Source: Catajapyx aquilonaris (taxonomy: Eukaryota). Taken from it: DNA of 42,961 bases. The translations under genes and the position numbers were made by a program. How positions within the stretch are numbered: position 1 is the first letter of the stretch; every line of letters starts with the position of its first letter. Where the stretch lies: the NCBI GenBank assembly GCA_000934665.2, contig KZ538876.1, forward strand, positions 1 to 42,961. The letters run 5' to 3'. Positions 36,870-42,961 of the stretch are shown piece after piece. Below the pieces are notes generated by a model that ran no database searches, was not told where the DNA came from, and was given only the letters and a program-made list of their open reading frames with translations.

Positions 36870-38345
36870 AAATAAGCGGGTCTGTCCGTCCGTCTGTCAA
36901 TGGACAGGTATCAGGGCCTAAACCGCAAGAGATATCGACAAACGGTTTTCGCATTTGGATTCAGTGAACCCTAAATAGATTTCAGGTTCACCTCTGCTTG
37001 GCTGGGTCTTTTTCCGCTTTTCTCCCGACATGCCCTTCTCTGCTCGGGGCCAGGAGAAAAGGCCTTGTGTTAAAGAATGTCAGAAATGGCTATCGCATGG
37101 CCCCCTCCCTTGGAAACTTCCCCTTCCCCCCTAAGAGGGCCACGAGCTCTATCATGGGGTAACCAAATAATAATAATTTCAGGTCAACATTGGGTGACCT
37201 ACCACTTTCGGTTGTCCGGGTTCACTATATTTGCCAAGGTCAAGTCTACAGACGGGTGTCCTTGCAACGGCGAAGATTGTTGTCCGCCTCATCCCCCACT
37301 TTTTTCGACGAAACAGTCTTATATAACGGCTCTGTCCGTCTGTCCGTCCGTGGACAGGCATCAGGGCAGAAACGGTATGAGATAGCGACAAACTGTTTTC
37401 GGATTCGGATTCAGCGGACCTTAAAAGAGGTTTCCCAGTCAACTTTCGGTGACAGTCCACTTTCGGTCTTCCGGGTTCACTCTATCCGCCAAGGTCAAGT
37501 ATATAGGGGGTGTCCTTGGGTTCCTTGTAAACCGGATATAACAATTGGAATGTCCTTGGCAATGAGAAAGTCTACTGGAATCAGCGTGATTTGACAATCT
37601 TGTTTCTCATTTACCGGAAAACCGGAAGGGCCGGTCACCGGAAGTTGACCATGAAACCTATTTGGGGACCGCTGAATGCGAATCCGAAAACAGTTTGTCG
37701 TTATCTCTAGCGGTTCAGGCCTTGATACCTGTCCACGGACGGACAGAGACGTTATAAATAATATTTAATTTGCAGTGAAACACGATAGATAAATTACGCG
37801 AGCGTAATTGGAATAGACTTTTTCTCATTGCCAAGAACATTCAAATTGGACAACAACATAGAATGCCGTCAGTCTCATTTCCTCGTTGACAAGGAACCCA
37901 AGGACACCCCCTGTAGATTTGACCTTGGCGGATAGAGTGAATATGTAAAACCAGAAATAGCCGGTCACCGAAAGTTGACCATTAAACCTATTTAGGGTCC
38001 ACTGAATCCGAATTCGAAAAAGGTTTGTCACTATCTCTTGCAGTTTAGGCATTGATGCATGTTCACAGACGGACAGAGCCGTTCTAGAAGACTTTTTCCA
38101 GATTAAAAGCGGCTAAAACTGATTCGTGAATTGTCCCAATTGACCCAATGGCATGTAGACGTGACCTTGGCGTATATAGTGAATCCGTAAAACCGGTAGT
38201 GGTCTATCACCGGAAGTTGAACGTTAAACCTATTTAGGGTCCGCTGAATCCGAATCCGAAAACAGTTTATCGCTATCTCTATCGGTTTAGGCTCTGATAC
38301 CTGTCCACGGACGGACAGAACCATTCTAAATAGTTTTTTTTGTAG
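36870..38345. repeat. GAATCCGAATCCGAAAAC family array, both orientations
   Basis: Reverse units up to ~37530, forward units from ~37610; same family as 25790-27100. Confidence 0.82.
36988..37175 (+). mobile_element. SINE family A, 5'-truncated, with 9-bp TSD
   Basis: Body and (AAT)n tail without the tRNA head; ATTTCAGGT at 36979-36987 and 37176-37184. Confidence 0.88.
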
Positions 38346-39109
38346 AGAGAGTCTAAAAGTCAACTCGCGTCACATATGTATATCATATTTACGATCAAAT
38401 TCGATACCATCATTCTGAGATCATCTCTGATTTAGATCACACCAAAAAAACCCACCCTAAACATGTCAGCCCTGCACGACATCCGTCCCACAAAAAAAAT
38501 TGTCCCTGTCAGCCTGTATCGCTGCGGACACTTTAGTGTGTTGTTGGCAGTCGCAGCTTGCATACATGCATTAGGTTTTCCCTATCCCTCCCTCCCCGCC
38601 TGCTCCCTTCCCAGCCTCTCCCCACCCAGTCGCCGCCGCCGCTTGCCGCATCACTAATACAACAGAATCCGCAGTGGTCGTCCATGCTTTTTCGACACTG
38701 CGTCCTACTATACAACAAAAGCGCGTCCTAATTTCTTATTTGGTGTCCAAACTCCGCAGGTTTATGGGACACTCACAAGTGGGACGCATATATGCTTGAT
38801 TTAATGGTGGCCACATGCCTGCCCTGGAAGTGGCTGCCAAATCGGCGGCTCTTTGGGAGGTCTAACTAGAGCGCTAATTGGAGTCTGTGTCTCTGTTTGT
38901 CCAGGTCAGTGACTGGTCAGTGCTCTTATTTTGGTAGCGGAGCGTGGTTTCTACCGGACTGTCCTAAAACCCGAATCGTCGGCCAGGATCGCTACACAGT
39001 TGAGCACTACAGCAGCGCCGAAGCGGCAACCCCCATCTCTACAGGCACAAATAAGGGCACGATAAGGCTGGAGTAGGAGCGAGGGGTTATTCACTAATGG
39101 TAGTCCGTG

Positions 39110-39450
39110 GGGGAGGTGTGGTGGCCGAGATGGCAACGTTTCGGCTTGCTAAGTGAAAGGTCCCAGGTTCGATCCTCGCCTGGGAGTTCCCTTTCACCTG
39201 CGTCGGGAGGGTCTCTTCCCTGCACCAAGGTGGTGTCTGGCAACCTAACCTCCTGGGGGACTGTACATGGCCCAAACCAGACAGTGCACCTGCACAAGTG
39301 TCCCCTCCCCCTATTCTTATCCTTGCCCATGTCCCTGTTTCCTTGCACCGGAGAAAGAAGCTGAAAATATATGTAGGAAAGATGGTGGTGTGCCACCCCC
39401 TACAGATCCCGTAAGGGACATCAAGGGATAAACAAAATAAAATAAAAAAA
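39110..39450 (+). mobile_element. tRNA-derived SINE family C, full length with 15-bp TSD
   Basis: A-box TGGCCGAGATGG, B-box GGTTCGATCC, A-rich tail; TSD TAATGGTAGTCCGTG at 39095-39109 and 39451-39465. Confidence 0.9.
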
Positions 39451-39924
39451 TAATGGTAGTCCGTGTACACCTTCAGAGGTAGTCCTGGGGCAGCCCGAGC
39501 ACGGGCACGGGGGACTGCATACGGCTGGGGTAGGAGCAAGGGATTATTCACTAAGGGGCTGACCCTGACCCAGCGCCATCTATGTGAGTGGTATGGTACT
39601 ACCCGACTAATGTCTGAAGGATTCCAAATAACTTTCCACCCATGTTGATTAAGGGGTGTGTAAACGATCGTAGAGAAACTTCCTGGGCTTTAAAAAAACC
39701 CGGTTCTCCGGAAGCAATAATGGCGATCGGTAGGGTACGTGCGCCTACAATTAAAAACTTGTGACGGGGATAATAAAAGCGAGGGGCTATGCCAATATCC
39801 GCTAGGGGGTGATGGAACCGCCAAGCGGAATGACGCTGACGTGCAAATTACGTCAAGCGTATTCAATTAGCGTGGGGCGGAAGCCATCTTGGGGCACGCA
39901 ACAATCAAGGGAACTGTTACTTAC

Positions 39925-40002
39925 ATCTTCGTTGATCAGCTCTTCCGATAGGGTCATGTTCTCGCTCGATGTTACCCGGTGTAATGAGAGGCATAAAGAC
40001 AC
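39925..40002 (-). CDS. madd-4: Exon A (78 nt): VSLCLSLHRVTSSENMTLSEELINED, probable signal-peptide end and N-terminal linker
   Basis: Acceptor ctccttccag, donor GAT|GTAAGT, 26 codons; phase 0 joins exon B. Not in the ORF track. Confidence 0.7.
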
Positions 40003-40216
40003 CTGGAAGGAGATGGATTGTTAGATATCGGATATCGATATGGCATTGTTGCGATATATTGATATAAAGATCGTAGATAGCCTAGCACTGGGCTGAATCA
40101 CGACTTACTATACAAAGTACAAACACAAACCTCCCCAGGTCCACTACAATCCCCACCATTTAGTGGGGGACGCCACATAGCGATCGAGGCGTTCAATATG
40201 TATTGGTTCATATTTT

Positions 40217-40507
40217 TGGATAGAGTTTACCTTACTGGCGTGCTGGAAGCGGGAGGGTAGTAGTCGGTGGGGGCAGCGGGCTGTGTCGCAAAGGCAAGAA
40301 TAAAGGATAGGCGTGTATCCGCTGAAGATATGCCTGTATCCGCAAGGCAGGAAGGTTAGGCTTGGTTAGGTTACGTTGGTACAGCATACCCCTTCCAAAA
40401 TCCAAAAAAATCAATCTTTGCATCCTTGCCTTTGCGACACAGCCAAGCTGCCCCAGCCACCACTCACCCTGCCGCCTCCGGCACGCCAGTAGGGGTTACT
40501 CTTTCCA
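40217..40507. mobile_element. MITE with ~85-bp imperfect TIRs and an internal GGTTA-like tract
   Basis: tggatagagtttaccttactggcgtgc... mirrored by ...gcacgccagtaggggttactctttcca. Confidence 0.75.
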
Positions 40508-40509
40508 TA

Positions 40510-41170
40510 ATTTTTTACTTGAACACTATCGTACTTGTAATGAACATATGCATACAGTTTTAAAGGGCTGACCAACTCCTTTCAGATACAGTTCACAGAT
40601 GGCGCGACTATTACTCCAGAAAGCTAGAAAAAAATCGCAAATATACCCCCTCCAGTTACGACCTGCATTCGTGTGATTTCAAAAAGTAGTGGAATATAAT
40701 TTTTTACCTCAAACACTACAATAGGTACATTACCGCTCCACGGATAGTTTTAAAGAATAGGCGAACATGTTTTAGAACCAGTTAACAGATGGCGCTAGAC
40801 TTATTCTATAAACGTATAGAAAATTTGCAAATGTACCCTCTCAAGTCACGAATAAAATTAGTGTCATATATTTTTTTTTACTAAAACACTGAGCTACATA
40901 AATTAACAGTCTGTGCATAGTTTTTAAGGGTTGGCGACCATATTTTAGAATCAGTTAGAAAATGTCGCTAAAAGTGTTCTAGAAGGCTAGAAAAAATTAG
41001 GAAATGCACCCCCCACAAGTCACGAGCTGTAGTATTCGCAGTATGTACAGCATTTTAAAGGGTTGTCCAACAGCTTTCATATCCAGCCTCCAGACGGCGC
41101 TATAACGCTATAAAAATTGCAACTGTAACCCCTCCCATCTTGACCTGCATTACATTCCATATTTTACAGT
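40510..41170. repeat. ~180-bp degenerate tandem repeat, about four copies
   Basis: tttaaaggg..acagatggcgc..agaaaaatt.gcaaat.tacccc units. Confidence 0.75.
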
Positions 41171-41649
41171 ACAAAGTATGCTCTTGTGCCTGTTACATTT
41201 TAAAATATAAACCGCTGCCTTTTGTCTGTGAGGCAGATCCCAGAATATTCTAGGCTTGGGAAGTAGGCCACACACCACATCCACTCTTCAGTCGAGCGCA
41301 ATTGCTGCCGCGGGACTGACCTGGACACTGTGTGCACTTCCAGAGTTTTTCTCTAGCCTTCACCACCACCACCCGCTAAAAAGTCACAAGGGAAAGCATG
41401 AACCTGAGCTTTCTCTGGGCGACCTGGCCCTTTTCATCATTTTTTATCATGTCTCCAGTAAGCTGCCAAGGAAACAGACATTTGGTGAAACAGAAACTGG
41501 GCCTCGAGTTTTGTTGGCTCCATGGGGAGCCGTCCTGCAGGCTAAAACGACCAGTGGGCTACGTGTTTCTCCGACGTGACTAACACTGTTCCACAGTCCA
41601 AACGGACCAGAAAAAAAAAGAATGGACAGTGGGTCAGGACAGGACCAAC

Positions 41650-42064
41650 GGCTGATGAGTCTGAAAGGGCCAAGTTATACTGGGAACCAAGAGACAGCAG
41701 GGTTGTGATAGTGGCCCACCGACAGATGGCTCTGAACTGCCCAAAGTTGTCAGCCTATAGGCTACGAGATGGCAGGGTTGTGCAAGTGGCCCACCGACAG
41801 ATGGCAGCATACAGACACACGGCTCGCCAGTAGTATGGTACGGCCCACCGGCAGATGGCTCTGAACTGGGCAAAGTTGTCAGCATATGCTACTATCCACG
41901 AGATGGCAGGGTTGTGCTAGTGGCTCACCGACCGATGGCACTCTATTGAACGCTGAAGCGCAAATAGTGTGTTGCCCACCGACAGATGGCTCTGTAATGG
42001 CCTAGTTCTCTGACTACAATGCAAATGGCAGGGTTATACAGGTGGCTCACAGATGGCAGCCTTT

Positions 42065-42110
<46 letters not shown>

Positions 42111-42830
42111 ATTCCGTGCTAGGGCCCTAGGCCCTCTCAGGGGGGTGGAATACCACCATTCGGTGCAGGAGACAGGATAGGGATGGGGGGGGGGGGGCAC
42201 TGGTGCAAGTGNNNNNNNNNNNNNNNNNNNNNNNNNNNNNNNNNNNNNNNNNNNNNNNNNNNNNNNNNNNNNNNNNNNNNNNNNNNNNNNNNNNNNNNNN
42301 NNNNNNNNNNNNNNNNNNNNNNNNNNNNNNNNNNNNNNGGGGGGGGGGCGTGGGAAACCACAAAAAACCACGGTTAGGATTGCCGGCCCGGGACTCGAAC
42401 CCAGGAACTCCCGATTAGCAGTCGAACACCTTATCCATTCCACCAAACTGATTCGGTGATGGCAGTGGAGTGCCAATAGTGTGTGGCCCACCCACAGATG
42501 GCTCTGAAATGTCCAAGATCTCTACCTATACACTGCTATCCAGGAGATGGCAGGGTCGTGCAAGTGGCCCACCGACAGATGGCAGCCTAGCAATAATGCC
42601 GGAGCTCCAATAGTGTGTGGCCCAACCACAGATGGTTCGGGGTCTACACAGACACGCTGGCTCGCCAGTATTGCGGCCCACCGGCAGATGGCGATGAAAT
42701 GGCCAAGTTTTCTCCCCCACTGCCCACACTGCAGATGTCAGGGCTTGTGCAGGTGACCCACCGACAGATGGCGTTGGCTCGCCACTAGATGGCTGCCTGC
42801 CAAGTGGCCCACCCATAGATGTCGTGACCT
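41650..42830. repeat. GGCCCACCGACAGATGGC degenerate tandem array
   Basis: About ten units; interrupted by a SINE B copy. Confidence 0.85.
42060..42457 (-). mobile_element. SINE family B variant with (CAA)n tail, spanning assembly gap 42212-42338
   Basis: Head with B-box GGTTCGAGTCC and CTGCTAA; GATGGCAG on both flanks, although this word is also part of the host repeat. Confidence 0.82.
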
Positions 42831-42961
42831 ATAACATCAGCCTGTTATAACCAATTATTTCGAAAAAAAAGAGAGAGACTGCAACCCACTACGGAACCCC
42901 TGCCACCCACTACGGAAGCCAAACCCTTCCCCCGGACCTGTGTTGTCAGCACGTAAATAAT

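Larger units (their letters stand above)
2137..40002 (-). other. madd-4: Partial multi-exon gene: ADAMTS-like protein, MADD-4/nolo/punctin (ADAMTSL1/3) family; 12 exons, 643 aa in window, 5' and 3' ends outside
   Basis: Manual splicing of 12 exons; all introns are GT-AG with matching phases and no stop codon. TSR1 (WSSWSEWSTCSRTCDGG), Cys-rich module (DFRAQQC...CGVCGGDGSTC) and serial TSRs, with no metalloprotease domain. Motifs such as REVHCKIFLEFSK and VHCIHEVTRG recall MADD-4/ADAMTSL1/3 (recognised from memory, not searched). Confidence 0.88.

Noticed and set aside
2137..40002. Calling the gene an ADAMTS protease or papilin
   Set aside because: No prodomain or HExxH catalytic domain precedes TSR1, and the TSR motifs fit MADD-4/ADAMTSL1/3 better. 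A BLASTP search would settle it.
40460..40510. Possible ATG exon MERVTPTGVPEAA with a GTGAGT donor
   Set aside because: Lies inside a MITE arm, has the wrong phase for exon A and is not hydrophobic.
41652..41674. Hammerhead-like CTGATGAGTCTGAAAGGGC
   Set aside because: The required GAAA after stem II is CAAG, and the sequence is a variant of the surrounding tandem unit.

Overview
Eukaryotic, probably arthropod, genomic DNA; the taxon is inferred from protein similarity. The window lies almost wholly inside one minus-strand gene encoding an ADAMTS-like secreted thrombospondin-repeat protein of the MADD-4/nolo/punctin (ADAMTSL1/3) type. I traced 12 GT-AG exons from 40002 down to 2137 with compatible phases, giving 1929 nt or 643 aa. 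The domain order is signal-peptide tail, TSR1, ADAMTS cysteine-rich module, then TSR2 to the start of TSR8. The start codon and the 3' exons lie outside the window. The introns are packed with repeats: three tRNA-derived SINE families (several copies with clear target-site duplications), several MITE/foldback elements, a Helitron-type 3' end, many degenerate satellites and two N-gaps. I found no prokaryotic system, no CRISPR array and no intact transposase or reverse transcriptase. The best unexplained signals are a ~200-nt multi-branch hairpin at 6174-6376 whose non-canonical pairs are G-U only on the host-gene strand, a 3' tail shared by otherwise different SINEs, and the absence of a spacer domain in the protein.
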